DNA from: Candidatus Staskawiczbacteria bacterium
Lineage (GTDB): Bacteria > Patescibacteriota > Minisyncoccia > Minisyncoccales > Staskawiczbacteraceae
Length of the DNA stretch: 43,914 nt
Direction: 5' to 3'
NCBI GenBank assembly: GCA_023245195.1
Contig: JAHFKU010000003.1
Coordinates: forward strand, 1-43,914
Shown: positions 17,707-26,692 of the stretch, in pieces
How positions within the stretch are numbered: position 1 is the stretch's first letter
Layout of the letters: each line of letters opens with the position of its first letter
Translations under genes and position numbers: made by a program
The notes under the pieces: model-generated
Seen by the model: only the letters and a program-made list of their open reading frames with translations
Database searches by the model: none
What the model was told of the DNA's origin: nothing

Positions 17707-17740
17707 CAAAAAGACAAGCTTACTTAAGCTTGTCTTTTTG
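17707..17740. terminator. Bidirectional terminator-like hairpin
   Basis: caaaaagacaagctta-ct-taagcttgtctttttg between convergent genes. Confidence 0.7.
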
Positions 17741-17763
17741 TTTGTGCGAAACTTATCAAAGAT

Positions 17764-20700
17764 TTACGGTACGATCGGGAAAATGTCCATTCTGAATATT
17801 TTTCTATTTTGGTCTACAATGTCATAATTGGCTAAATCTTGTATTTTGCCTGGGGAAATATAGCATTGGGCACCATCAGGGAGCCCGTTTTTACTATAAA
17901 GAATGGTTAAAAAGTTGCCACTAGGCTCTATAGCTCGGGTGCATGGATAGGCAGCACCAGTGGGATCGCAATTTCTGTCTGCTAAACAAGCGTCACCGTG
18001 GGAAGAATTTGGAAAAGAACATATTCCACTGGTGGGACTAGTCCCTGGACCTAGTAATTGCACTTCTTTATTGCATTCACCTTTAATGCCATTAATACTG
18101 CACTCAGTATCTAGTTCGCAAGGTTTCTGTGCGGGAAGAATAACGCATTTTTTAGTTTCAGAACACCATCCAGATGGCGCGCCACAATCAGCATTGGTGC
18201 CATTAGCATTATTATCAACCGAACTGCAGGGTGTATTAGAGAAAATTGGTATTTTGTAAGCCGTTATACATTTTAGGGTTTTTTTATTGCAATAACCAGA
18301 ATTTTGAGTATTAGGAAGTTGCGCGCAAGTGTCTTTTCCTGCAGCCGCCTTATCTGTGCCATAGTATTTTGGGTCAGTTAACAAGTCATCAGGCCCACCA
18401 TTATATTTAAAATGTTCTCCGGGGACACCATTATTGTATTCCCCGTTCTCTGTCATATAATATCTGCCAATAAAGGCAAATTTTGGGCCAACTAGCCTAT
18501 TTCCTTGGACTCGTGGTTCGCCCTGTGTTGCTGGGCCACCATCTTCATATATGCTTACCCCACTTCCAGAAAAGTCTGAATTATTAGCTTCAGCGGATTT
18601 TGAATTCAATCCTTTTATAATATAAATTGACGTAGCGGGGAACTGTTCGCATTGGCTGGTGTTTCCAGTGCCACCTGATCCACCGCCTCCACTACTACCC
18701 GAACCACCACTGCCTCCTCCAGAACCACTGCCGCAATCTGCAGGACAATTTGTTGAATCTTCATCGGGGTAATCACATGTACCATCGCCACATGTTACAC
18801 CAGGAACATCTTCTGCCAATATTGCTCCATTAAATCCGCTTAATATTGATGCAGGGTACAAGACTGCACCCTGCTTCGCTTCACTTGCTAAAACGAGGGG
18901 CAGATTATTTTTTATGCTAACCTCATTGTTTGGAGCTTGTTCATTTTCGGGGTATAAGCTCGTGCCCTGGTTCGTAAATGGTAGGATTCCTAAAAATGAA
19001 GCCAGTGGAGGGTTTTGGTTATTAAATGGCAGGGCGCCAGTATCAATTATGCTACAAGGTTGATCAAGCCGGCATTCGTCAAGTTCGGCTACCCCCGGTC
19101 TTTTATTTGCAACTAACATACACCTATTACCCGAAATATCTGGATCTGTTGATGCCTTGCAAATGGTGTGGAAGTTTGGATTAGAATTAACTTGGCAATC
19201 CGGGAAATAAGTGCACTGGTCGGTACCTGGTCCAAATACTAAGTCGCACGTATGATCCATAAAATTACATTCACTATGAAGGTAACCTGTTCCACATCCT
19301 CCAGAGGAAGGATTGCAATATCCATATCCATGGTAACCAGCTAAACATTGACCATCGATGTCGCAAGAGAATCCGCAATCACTGGCGCTAGTACAAGCTA
19401 CTCCACCATTATTATTTCCAAGCCGACATTGATTAGTTGCAATGTCACAAGAATAACTAGTGGTAAATTGTTGTGGGCAATCAGTGTCAAATTCGCACCA
19501 GGGCAGTTGTGGGCCTACTGCGCCCGGAACACAGGTTCCAGCCAAACAATGAGATGTACTAGTATCTATTTGACCAGAACAAGTTTGCGCGTCACAGCTA
19601 GTTCCCGATAATCCAGGAACACATTTTTGTGTGCTGGTGTCACAAGTTATTCCTGTTTTATTTGAAAGGAAACAGGTTGCTGGATCGCAAGTAAGTCCGG
19701 GTAATCCAGGAACACATTGTTTTAAATTAGTATCACAGGTCATTCCCGATCCTACTACTGCAGTAGAACATTGTTGGGCATCACAAGTCAGCCCAGGTAA
19801 CCCAGGAACACATTGTTTCGTGCTAGCATTGCATGTTATTCCCCCTGCCACTGCAGTAGAACATTGTTGGGCATCACAAGTCAGTCCAGGTAATCCAAGA
19901 ACACATTGTTTTGTAGCGGTGTTACAGGTCATGCCTCCTGTTGGAGGTGGCGGCGGCGGTGGAACCGGGACATTGCAAGGGTCGCCGCTTTTTGAGGTGC
20001 TACTACAGCCGTCATTGGTGTATGAACTTGTTCCAGCGGGTCCGCAAATACCACCACTGCCACCCTTTGGCGCACTGCACTTAAAGCCAGTTGAGGGTGG
20101 TAGCTCACAAGGACTTCCTAGTAAGCATGGATATCCATTTTGGAAATAAAACTTGTCGGTAGTACATTGATTATTTGAGAAATTACAATAACCTTTAGGG
20201 CCATTGCAATCAGTCACTCCAGGAGTACATTTTATTCCACTAGTTCCAGTTTCCGAGCATTGAGAATATGGGTTAAATAGGCTTGTAGTAGTGCAATAGC
20301 TTTCGGGTTCGGGTGGTGTGCAGGCGGGATTGCCTATTCCACCATTCGCATTGTTATTGCTGAAGTTGCAAGGAATGCAGTCTTCAAGGGCGGGATCACA
20401 ACTTTCATATACGCATTGCTGGGTGTCGGGGTCGCAGTAGCCGCCGCATTCGGTATCGCTCGTGCAATCTGCGCCAGTGCCGTTGGGGCTGCAACTAGGT
20501 GTAGGGCTAAATTCATCGCATTTGCTACCGGCACAGTCGATATTGTTAGTGCAAGATTGTTCGCCAACACCATAAGGACTACAGGTGGGCTCAGGGGCAA
20601 AGGGGTCGCAGTGGGCGCCACTGTCGATATTGCAATCATCGTCGTTGTTGCAACTTATACAGTCTTCTGTTTCGGGATCACAAGTGGATTCCGCCTCGCA

Positions 20701-21981
20701 AGTATGACTTTCGGTGTCACAATAGCCTCCTCGATTGTCTGGTGGAAGGGGGCAGTCGTTTACATCTTTGCAGGGTTCGCCAGTACCTTCGGGTCCACAA
20801 AATGCGTTACCATTATCGTCCACACCACACTTAGAGGGCTCTTCACAACTACTACCGACGTTAGTGCAAGAAGCAAGTTCTGTATAAGATTTGCAGTGTC
20901 CGACGGTTTGGCTTTCTGCACTTGCACCATCGCAATAATAATCACTGCCACCACCACAGTCGCTGTGCTCAATGCAGTATTGACCAGTGTAATCTTGAAT
21001 ACATTTATTGTTTAGGCTATCGCAAACTCCGGAATTTGGTTGATCTATTGGTGGCAAAGTGTTGGTGGGTTTGCAACCAGGGCCGGTGATAGACACGTTA
21101 ATGCATTGGTCTTCGGCACTAAAATTATTAAATGGCTCACTGCAGGTTCCTTGATTATTTGGGTCGGCGGTTAAGACAAATCCATAATGAGGGTCATTGT
21201 CGCCGGCTCCATTAACAATTAAGGCTGAAGTTACTTTTCTTTCAAATTCTTTGGGCAGGGTGCCGGTGTTGGTGATGACTTCGGTGCTAATGCCAGTACA
21301 GCCCGCTCCTTTAAAAAGGTATACACCTGGCTGTTTATAGGCTGTTTTGTAAGAGTATGTGCCAAAGATGTCTGTTGATTTTCCGCACTGCAATGTCACA
21401 ACGTCTGCATCTGGATCATTGTCATCTAGGCCTGGCAGCGAATATCTATAAACTAAAAGATCCGGGCTGTTTGTCGGGTTTTTGCAGATATAAACAAGTT
21501 TATTAAATCCTTCTAGTAAATTTGAGGTATCGGCCTGGTAAGGAGGGGCTACAATAAAATTATCAGAGCTATTAACCAAATAAAGTCCCGCTCCTACGGT
21601 TGTTGTGAGTGCGGGCTGGTTTGGATCTATAAGTTGGGGGTTAATCGTACTTAACAGAGTTATCGAAAACATCAAAAGTACAATGCCTAAAATGGAGCCG
21701 AAAATTCTTTCTCGCGCTGCGCCTTGCGAGGCCGGATTTCCCGCTGATGCCAAAAGCGTAATGCCGGCAATGACGATAGAAAGTACGCCTACGATTCCGG
21801 CAAATCCCACGGCTAAGTAAAAGAAGTAGGCGATAAAATCAGGTAATGTGGAATTTTTGTCTAGTTTAATGCCGCCAATAGTCGGATAGTCATTTTCAAG
21901 CGCGAAAACCGTTTGACTAACAGTCAAAAACAATACAAGAACAGCCAGAAATAATAGCGGGTATTTGAGTTTTTTGGGCAT
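17764..21981 (-). CDS. 1405-aa surface protein: signal peptide, TrbC/VirB2-like pilin domain and long Cys-rich repeat region
   Basis: N-terminal VFA signal, two TMs with IAGITLLASAGNP..ARERIFGSILG (CPR pilin-like), dozens of C-x(5-6)-C modules, CGDGTC..CPADC motif, Gly/Ser and Pro linkers. Confidence 0.8.
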   Translation of the reverse strand: MPKKLKYPLLFLAVLVLFLTVSQTVFALENDYPTIGGIKLDKNSTLPDFIAYFFYLAVGFAGIVGVLSIVIAGITLLASAGNPASQGAARERIFGSILGIVLLMFSITLLSTINPQLIDPNQPALTTTVGAGLYLVNSSDNFIVAPPYQADTSNLLEGFNKLVYICKNPTNSPDLLVYRYSLPGLDDNDPDADVVTLQCGKSTDIFGTYSYKTAYKQPGVYLFKGAGCTGISTEVITNTGTLPKEFERKVTSALIVNGAGDNDPHYGFVLTADPNNQGTCSEPFNNFSAEDQCINVSITGPGCKPTNTLPPIDQPNSGVCDSLNNKCIQDYTGQYCIEHSDCGGGSDYYCDGASAESQTVGHCKSYTELASCTNVGSSCEEPSKCGVDDNGNAFCGPEGTGEPCKDVNDCPLPPDNRGGYCDTESHTCEAESTCDPETEDCISCNNDDDCNIDSGAHCDPFAPEPTCSPYGVGEQSCTNNIDCAGSKCDEFSPTPSCSPNGTGADCTSDTECGGYCDPDTQQCVYESCDPALEDCIPCNFSNNNANGGIGNPACTPPEPESYCTTTSLFNPYSQCSETGTSGIKCTPGVTDCNGPKGYCNFSNNQCTTDKFYFQNGYPCLLGSPCELPPSTGFKCSAPKGGSGGICGPAGTSSYTNDGCSSTSKSGDPCNVPVPPPPPPPTGGMTCNTATKQCVLGLPGLTCDAQQCSTAVAGGITCNASTKQCVPGLPGLTCDAQQCSTAVVGSGMTCDTNLKQCVPGLPGLTCDPATCFLSNKTGITCDTSTQKCVPGLSGTSCDAQTCSGQIDTSTSHCLAGTCVPGAVGPQLPWCEFDTDCPQQFTTSYSCDIATNQCRLGNNNGGVACTSASDCGFSCDIDGQCLAGYHGYGYCNPSSGGCGTGYLHSECNFMDHTCDLVFGPGTDQCTYFPDCQVNSNPNFHTICKASTDPDISGNRCMLVANKRPGVAELDECRLDQPCSIIDTGALPFNNQNPPLASFLGILPFTNQGTSLYPENEQAPNNEVSIKNNLPLVLASEAKQGAVLYPASILSGFNGAILAEDVPGVTCGDGTCDYPDEDSTNCPADCGSGSGGGSGGSGSSGGGGSGGTGNTSQCEQFPATSIYIIKGLNSKSAEANNSDFSGSGVSIYEDGGPATQGEPRVQGNRLVGPKFAFIGRYYMTENGEYNNGVPGEHFKYNGGPDDLLTDPKYYGTDKAAAGKDTCAQLPNTQNSGYCNKKTLKCITAYKIPIFSNTPCSSVDNNANGTNADCGAPSGWCSETKKCVILPAQKPCELDTECSINGIKGECNKEVQLLGPGTSPTSGICSFPNSSHGDACLADRNCDPTGAAYPCTRAIEPSGNFLTILYSKNGLPDGAQCYISPGKIQDLANYDIVDQNRKIFRMDIFPIVP
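19573..19938 (-). repeat. Four ~30-codon intragenic tandem repeats
   Basis: G(M/I)TC(N/D)xxxKQCV(P/L)GLPGLTCDxxxC four times, with DNA-level similarity. Confidence 0.9.
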
Positions 21982-22049
21982 AACGCTAATTTAAAATTAA
22001 ATTAGTTAATAATAGCATAATTCATTTTCTAATAAGATGTGGATAACTC

Positions 22050-22478
22050 TTATTTTTTAGTTGTTGCCGGCTTGGTTGAAGTTTTCGCTGACCCTTCTTT
22101 TGGTGATTCTTTAGTTCCCTCTTCTGCAGGCTTTGAACTGCTTTCTTGGGTTGCTGTTCCTCCACCATAACCTCTGGTGTATACCCAGGTGACAAAAAAC
22201 CCGTCAATTGCCCATGTAATTAATGTGGTAAAAATTCCGCCGTCAAACCAAATTTCAAGAATACCCATGCTCAAAGTGACTATATAGCAAGACCCGGCGA
22301 TGGTCAGCATTAACATCCCTTCCGGTCCCATTAAATTTCCTTTCATGGTCTTCCAAACAAGTATAATATTTCCGGGCCATAAAAAACCAATGCCTGGCGT
22401 CCATTGGGGCAATGACCAGCCAAGTCTTTTTATTATTCCTCTTGCGACTTTTTGTATTGTGCCCTGTGATTCTGCCAT
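22050..22478 (-). CDS. Hypothetical membrane protein in T4SS-like cluster (start likely ATG 22478)
   Basis: Hydrophobic helices plus charged tail; the longer TTG-start extension is encoded by a GC palindrome. Confidence 0.6.
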   Translation of the reverse strand: MAESQGTIQKVARGIIKRLGWSLPQWTPGIGFLWPGNIILVWKTMKGNLMGPEGMLMLTIAGSCYIVTLSMGILEIWFDGGIFTTLITWAIDGFFVTWVYTRGYGGGTATQESSSKPAEEGTKESPKEGSAKTSTKPATTKK

Positions 22479-22501
22479 GTTCTCGAATTTTAAATTATCA
22501 A

Positions 22502-22527
22502 GCCGCGCGCCCCGCGGGGCGCGCGGC
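22502..22527. repeat. GC palindrome centred on CCCG|CGGG
   Basis: gccgcgcgccccg|cggggcgcgcggc. Confidence 0.9.
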
Positions 22528-22532
22528 AAAAA

Positions 22533-24341
22533 TTAGCCATTCTCTTTTAATCTCTTCCTCGCCTCCTTAATTTTCTCCACTTCCCCGGGGCTGGTCGTAA
22601 TAATCTGATCTTCGGTGTAGCTGGCTTTGACGGCAATGGCCACGTGTTTTTTGCCGGCAAAAAAGAGGCCCTCTCCCACGCTGGCTGACAACAATAATTC
22701 CTTTTCTTGTTCGGTTAAATTAAATACTTTTTCTACGGCTTCAATGCTGGCGGTAGATTGTTTTAATAATAATTGCAATGATGAATTGGTGATAATGGCT
22801 TTGCCATAGCTTGACCCCATAAAATCTTCCACGTCTTGAGTAATAGTGGTAACTCCCAGCCAGTATTTGCGGCCCCGTTTTACCAGGCCGAATAAAAACG
22901 AAGCGCCATCGGGAGTTTGCATGAGCCACCAAGCTTCGTCAACAACTAAAATTCTCTTTTTGATGTTGGTCCGAATAATATTCCAAATGTAGCGCATAAC
23001 AATAAACAAAGCTATCGGTCTTAGTGATTCTTCCATGTCGCGGATGCCAAAGACAATAAAGGGTTTATCCATGACAATGTTGGTTTTTTGGTTAAAAAAA
23101 CTAGAAAAAGTCCCGGTCGTAAATTTTTTAAGTCGTGTGGCCATGGATTCAGCTCCGGTGATGTTTTCTAAAATTTCGGCAAAATCAGATAAGAGCGGAA
23201 TATTTTCCTGCCACGAAGCCGGATTTGACTGGGCGGTAATATCGCGCACGGCGTAAGTTTCAGTTAGGGCTTGGTCTAAAATGCTGTCTTCTTCGGCGGT
23301 CAATCCCCCAAGCATAATTCTTAACAGTCCCACTAGGTTAATAATGTTTGAGCGTAAAATGTCTTGCGGATCTTCTTCGGGGCCCGGGGTTGGCAAATCA
23401 AACGGATTAATATGGATGTCCGAAGTCAAAGAAATTTTGAAAAAATCCCCGCCAACTCCATTGGCTAAAAATTCATATTCGTTTTCCGGGTCAACGACAA
23501 TCACATCAATCCCCCGCATCAAATAGCGCAGGATTTCTAATTTTATGGCATAAGATTTGCCCGCGCCGGATTTAGCAAAGACCACCATGTTATAGTTTTC
23601 CAACGTAAACCGGTCAAATAAAATAAGGGAATTGTTGTGCCGATTGATGCCGTATAAAATTCCTTGGTTTGAACTTAGGTCAAAAGAAATAAACGGAAAG
23701 GCGGTGGAAAGCGGTTCGGTGTCCATGGGGGTGTTGACCTGCAGTAAATCTAGGGCATAGGGGCTGGTAGAAATAAAGCCCTCTTTTTGTTTAAATAGGG
23801 CCGGTTTGATGTAAATCAAGCGCGATTCAAAAATGGATCGCAACGTAGTTTCAGTTTCTTTGATGGCTTCGGGGGTTTGTTCAAAAATGGTAATATACAA
23901 GCTAAATCGAAATATTTTTTCTTGGGCGGTGATGATTTTGTCGCGCAGGTTTTCAATGTCTTGGTAAGAAGTTTCAAGGGCCGGGTCGCGGATGAGGCCC
24001 TTTTCCTCCCGTTCCATTAATTCAGAAGAAACTTGAGTGACTTTAGATCGGAGCTTTTTTAAAATCATGGTGCTGTTAATGGGCTGGATGAAAAATGAGA
24101 TGTCCATGGGAACATTTAAATTGATGGCAGGCGAAAGCCACCCGGTGTTTAAATACCGCGGATAGGAAAAAATAAAAAAGGATTTGGCAATTTTTTCTCC
24201 TAGTTTTATATAGTCTTGGGTGATGCCAATGTAGGGAGGAGCAATGATATCTTTGATATTAATATCATCTGATGCAAATATTTTTTCATCAACATCCTCC
24301 ACCTTTTTTTTGTTACTGAATAAATTAAAATCAAAAACCAT
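22533..24341 (-). CDS. VirB4/TraC-like ATPase
   Basis: Walker A AKSGAGKS, VVDPENEY, INPFDL, Walker B VVDEAW, KRGRKY, ITQDVEDF. Confidence 0.92.
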   Translation of the reverse strand: MVFDFNLFSNKKKVEDVDEKIFASDDINIKDIIAPPYIGITQDYIKLGEKIAKSFFIFSYPRYLNTGWLSPAINLNVPMDISFFIQPINSTMILKKLRSKVTQVSSELMEREEKGLIRDPALETSYQDIENLRDKIITAQEKIFRFSLYITIFEQTPEAIKETETTLRSIFESRLIYIKPALFKQKEGFISTSPYALDLLQVNTPMDTEPLSTAFPFISFDLSSNQGILYGINRHNNSLILFDRFTLENYNMVVFAKSGAGKSYAIKLEILRYLMRGIDVIVVDPENEYEFLANGVGGDFFKISLTSDIHINPFDLPTPGPEEDPQDILRSNIINLVGLLRIMLGGLTAEEDSILDQALTETYAVRDITAQSNPASWQENIPLLSDFAEILENITGAESMATRLKKFTTGTFSSFFNQKTNIVMDKPFIVFGIRDMEESLRPIALFIVMRYIWNIIRTNIKKRILVVDEAWWLMQTPDGASFLFGLVKRGRKYWLGVTTITQDVEDFMGSSYGKAIITNSSLQLLLKQSTASIEAVEKVFNLTEQEKELLLSASVGEGLFFAGKKHVAIAVKASYTEDQIITTSPGEVEKIKEARKRLKENG

Positions 24342-24348
24342 GTTTGTT

Positions 24349-24816
24349 AATTTCTAATTTTCAATTTCTAATTTCTATTAAATGTATAATTTCTAATTTT
24401 CAAAAACTTTCTTGGCATCAATAGTATTAGTAATTTTTTGGAATATAAGATGAAATTCATGAGCTTCCTGCCAAAGATTTCTTATAGGCTCTTTTAGTTC
24501 TGTGTTATTTTTAGCTAACATTCTTAACCAATATTTTGTCTCATTCGCCTCTTTCTTTGAAATATATATTTTATTTCTAAAGTCCTTTTTAGAACTTGAA
24601 GCGTTTGCTTCGTAGTAATTTGCACCAACAGACGTGGCAGCTCTCGTCAATTGGATAATAATATTTCTATTAATATCATCCCTTTTTATATTTTTAACAA
24701 ATTCTATGATATTCTCGGCAAAGACTGCGGATCTTTCTTCTAGGTCGTAAGCTTTTTTGTTTTGAAATTGGTTCATTTAAAATTTAATAGAAATTAGAAA
24801 TTAGAAATTGAAAATT
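24349..24816 (-). mobile_element. Candidate cassette: four-helix-bundle gene enclosed by inverted 7-nt-periodic arms
   Basis: Arms 24349-24407 (aatttct/aattttc)n and 24759-24816 (agaaatt)n overlap the stop and start of the gene. Mobility is inferred. Confidence 0.6.
24393..24776 (-). CDS. Four helix bundle protein (23S rRNA intervening-sequence protein/Avd-like family)
   Basis: YDLEER, QLTRAATSVGANYYEA, SKKDF, ISKKEANETKYWL. Confidence 0.93.
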   Translation of the reverse strand: MNQFQNKKAYDLEERSAVFAENIIEFVKNIKRDDINRNIIIQLTRAATSVGANYYEANASSSKKDFRNKIYISKKEANETKYWLRMLAKNNTELKEPIRNLWQEAHEFHLIFQKITNTIDAKKVFEN

Positions 24817-24821
24817 CGTAG

Positions 24822-25496
24822 CTATTTCAGTAGTTCCGGTGAAATCTCCGGGCTGTATCCTATTTCCGCCTGATCCGGGTGGTGCAGTGACCAAAAGAGT
24901 TCAATTAATTCAGGGGTGGTCAGTGGAATGCTGTCTAAGCCGCATCGCTTAAGCCCCAGCGCTAAAAATTCCATTCTTTGCCAAAGCTGGTTTTTGCATT
25001 TTTCAAATTCTTCATCGGTTATTTGTGATTTTTGGCCCGGGTTTTCAGATTTCTTACCGCCGAATAATCCTGAAAAATTAAATTGGCGGGTTACGGCTCC
25101 CATTCCCAGCACCGCGGTTAAAGCATAGGGCACGACAATGTAAAAGTTTTTGGTCATCACGGCATCGCCCTGCACCAAATCTTGAATGAACTGGATGTAA
25201 GAATTAGTCTGTATTTTTAGCAATTCATTCGTTTGCTGTTGTTGCAGGCTTTTAAGATCGTCTAAGTAGGGGGTGATGTTGATTTTCCTTGATTGGACAA
25301 TAATCTGGCAGGGAAAATCCAGCGAATTTAAAAAATTCTGGAAGGCGTAAATAATGGCTGATTGGTCGTCGTTTGACTGTAATGCAAAATTCACCGAAGA
25401 GATCATTAAAACCCCGCGGATGTCGTTGTTTTTTAATATCAAAACCCCTTCTTTGATGTCTTTGAGTTCTAAAAATTCTTGAGTGGTTAGATCCAT
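24822..25496 (-). CDS. Conserved T4SS-like cluster protein found between PrgI and VirB4
   Basis: TQEFL..IKEGVLILK, SSVNFAL, FLNSLDFPCQIIVQSR; position in the cluster. Confidence 0.75.
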   Translation of the reverse strand: MDLTTQEFLELKDIKEGVLILKNNDIRGVLMISSVNFALQSNDDQSAIIYAFQNFLNSLDFPCQIIVQSRKINITPYLDDLKSLQQQQTNELLKIQTNSYIQFIQDLVQGDAVMTKNFYIVVPYALTAVLGMGAVTRQFNFSGLFGGKKSENPGQKSQITDEEFEKCKNQLWQRMEFLALGLKRCGLDSIPLTTPELIELFWSLHHPDQAEIGYSPEISPELLK

Positions 25497-25503
25497 TGTT
25501 TTG

Positions 25504-25748
25504 AACGAATTAACACAAATATGTTTAACGAATCAACACGAATCACGAATTACGCTTTTTGTATCAAGGGTATCCCACTTTTTCTAAACTCTTCCTCTAA
25601 AGCTTTTTGATAAATTTGCTCTTTTAGTCCCCTGCCGTATTTGTTAAACACATTATAAACTGCTCCCTGAATTTTATAAGAAAGCTCTGCTTCTAAAAAG
25701 TTTTTATTCGTGATTCGTGTTGATTCGTACATTGTGTGGAAATTCGTT
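25504..25748 (-). repeat. Inverted periodic arms enclosing the GxxExxY remnant
   Basis: 23-bp perfect inverted pair acgaatcaacacgaatcacgaat 25528-25550 / 25706-25728 with imperfect outward extension. Confidence 0.9.
25550..25732 (-). pseudogene. Truncated GxxExxY protein
   Basis: ELSYKIQGAVYNVFNKYGRGLKEQIYQKALEEEF carries G-x-x-E-x-x-Y; only 60 aa, and the PD-(D/E)xK-like C-terminal half is missing. Confidence 0.85.
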
Positions 25749-25750
25749 AT

Positions 25751-26140
25751 TTATTTCTTCCGGTATTCCACCATCCCCTTTACGCTCTGTAATTTGCTAT
25801 CCTCGGGTTTGGGCGGACCAGCAGTTATGGTGTCCTTCGTCTTAAACGGATATTCTGTTTGTTTTTTCTTCCAGACATAATTTTTTGATTTTGTCGAAAA
25901 CATCATATAGTTTAAGAGCAGCGCAATGACCGACATGTCGTCAATTTTGATAAACGCTACCAGAGCCACAAATAATGCTACGAGCGCCGATAAAATGATA
26001 AACAGCCAGAAAGGCAGCAGATAATAGCTTCCAATGCAAATAACACCGCCCCCAACCAGCCAAAAAAACTGTCGGAAGGTTAAAAAGGAAACAATCTTTC
26101 CTTCGGCTTCTATGAATTGTGGAATGGGATATTGAGCCAT
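25751..26140 (-). CDS. PrgI-family membrane protein
   Basis: QYPIPQFIEAEGKIVSFLTFRQF, two TMs, YVWKK. Confidence 0.88.
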   Translation of the reverse strand: MAQYPIPQFIEAEGKIVSFLTFRQFFWLVGGGVICIGSYYLLPFWLFIILSALVALFVALVAFIKIDDMSVIALLLNYMMFSTKSKNYVWKKKQTEYPFKTKDTITAGPPKPEDSKLQSVKGMVEYRKK

Positions 26141-26152
26141 GTTTTTAAGCTC

Positions 26153-26331
26153 TGAACTGTGAAACTCTCGTTTTAAAAATTACTTTTCGGGTCTTTTCTC
26201 CAAATCTGGGCTGGAAATTCGCAATAATTTTAAGCCAGAAGCCTCCGGCTAAGCCTAAAAATTCTATCACATTTCTATCTCCAAATTTGGACAAAATACC
26301 TCCGAGGGGTTTGCTAATTCACAGCTTCTAG
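26153..26331. repeat. ~180-bp imperfect fold-back in the prgI leader sharing a core with 10049..10207
   Basis: ctgtgaa/ttcacag, tccaaatctgg/ccaaatttgga arms; core cgcaataatttt..aaaattctatc. Confidence 0.7.
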
Positions 26332-26412
26332 ACGTTTATCTGATATATTTGTCTATTATATCACATTAGAAATCAAGTAAATAATCGAGATATTAACAAC
26401 TGTATAAGTATT

Positions 26413-26440
26413 TTGTAATTTGAGGATTTTGTGCTACAAT
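26413..26440 (+). promoter_or_regulatory. sigma70 promoter for the TA pair, 6 nt before ATG 26447 (leaderless)
   Basis: TTGTAA-N16-TACAAT with TGn extension. Confidence 0.6.
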
Positions 26441-26446
26441 AAAGAC

Positions 26447-26692
26447 ATGAAACAAGCAATAAAACCGATGAAATTTAGACAGACGCTATTTTGGGATGTT
26501 AACCCTAAAAACATAGACGTTAAAAAAAACGCCCGATATATTATTGAGCGTGTTTTAGAGTTTGGAGAACCAGGCGAAGTAGGATGGGTTTTGCGTTATT
26601 ATCCAAAACACACTATTAAAAAAGTTATTGGTCTTCCGCGCGTTCAATTGAGTCCCAAATCAAAAGCCCTATGGTCTCTGATTTTGAAATAA
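26447..26692 (+). CDS. DUF6922-like small protein, putative antitoxin partner
   Basis: LFWDVNPKNID..YIIERVLEFG..LSPKSKALW; overlaps the AbiEii gene. Confidence 0.8.
   Translation: MKQAIKPMKFRQTLFWDVNPKNIDVKKNARYIIERVLEFGEPGEVGWVLRYYPKHTIKKVIGLPRVQLSPKSKALWSLILK

Noticed and set aside
24393-24776. Diversity-generating retroelement (Avd-like gene)
   Set aside because: No reverse transcriptase and no TR/VR pair with adenine-specific mismatches seen. The repeats in the Cys-rich gene are ordinary tandem duplications.
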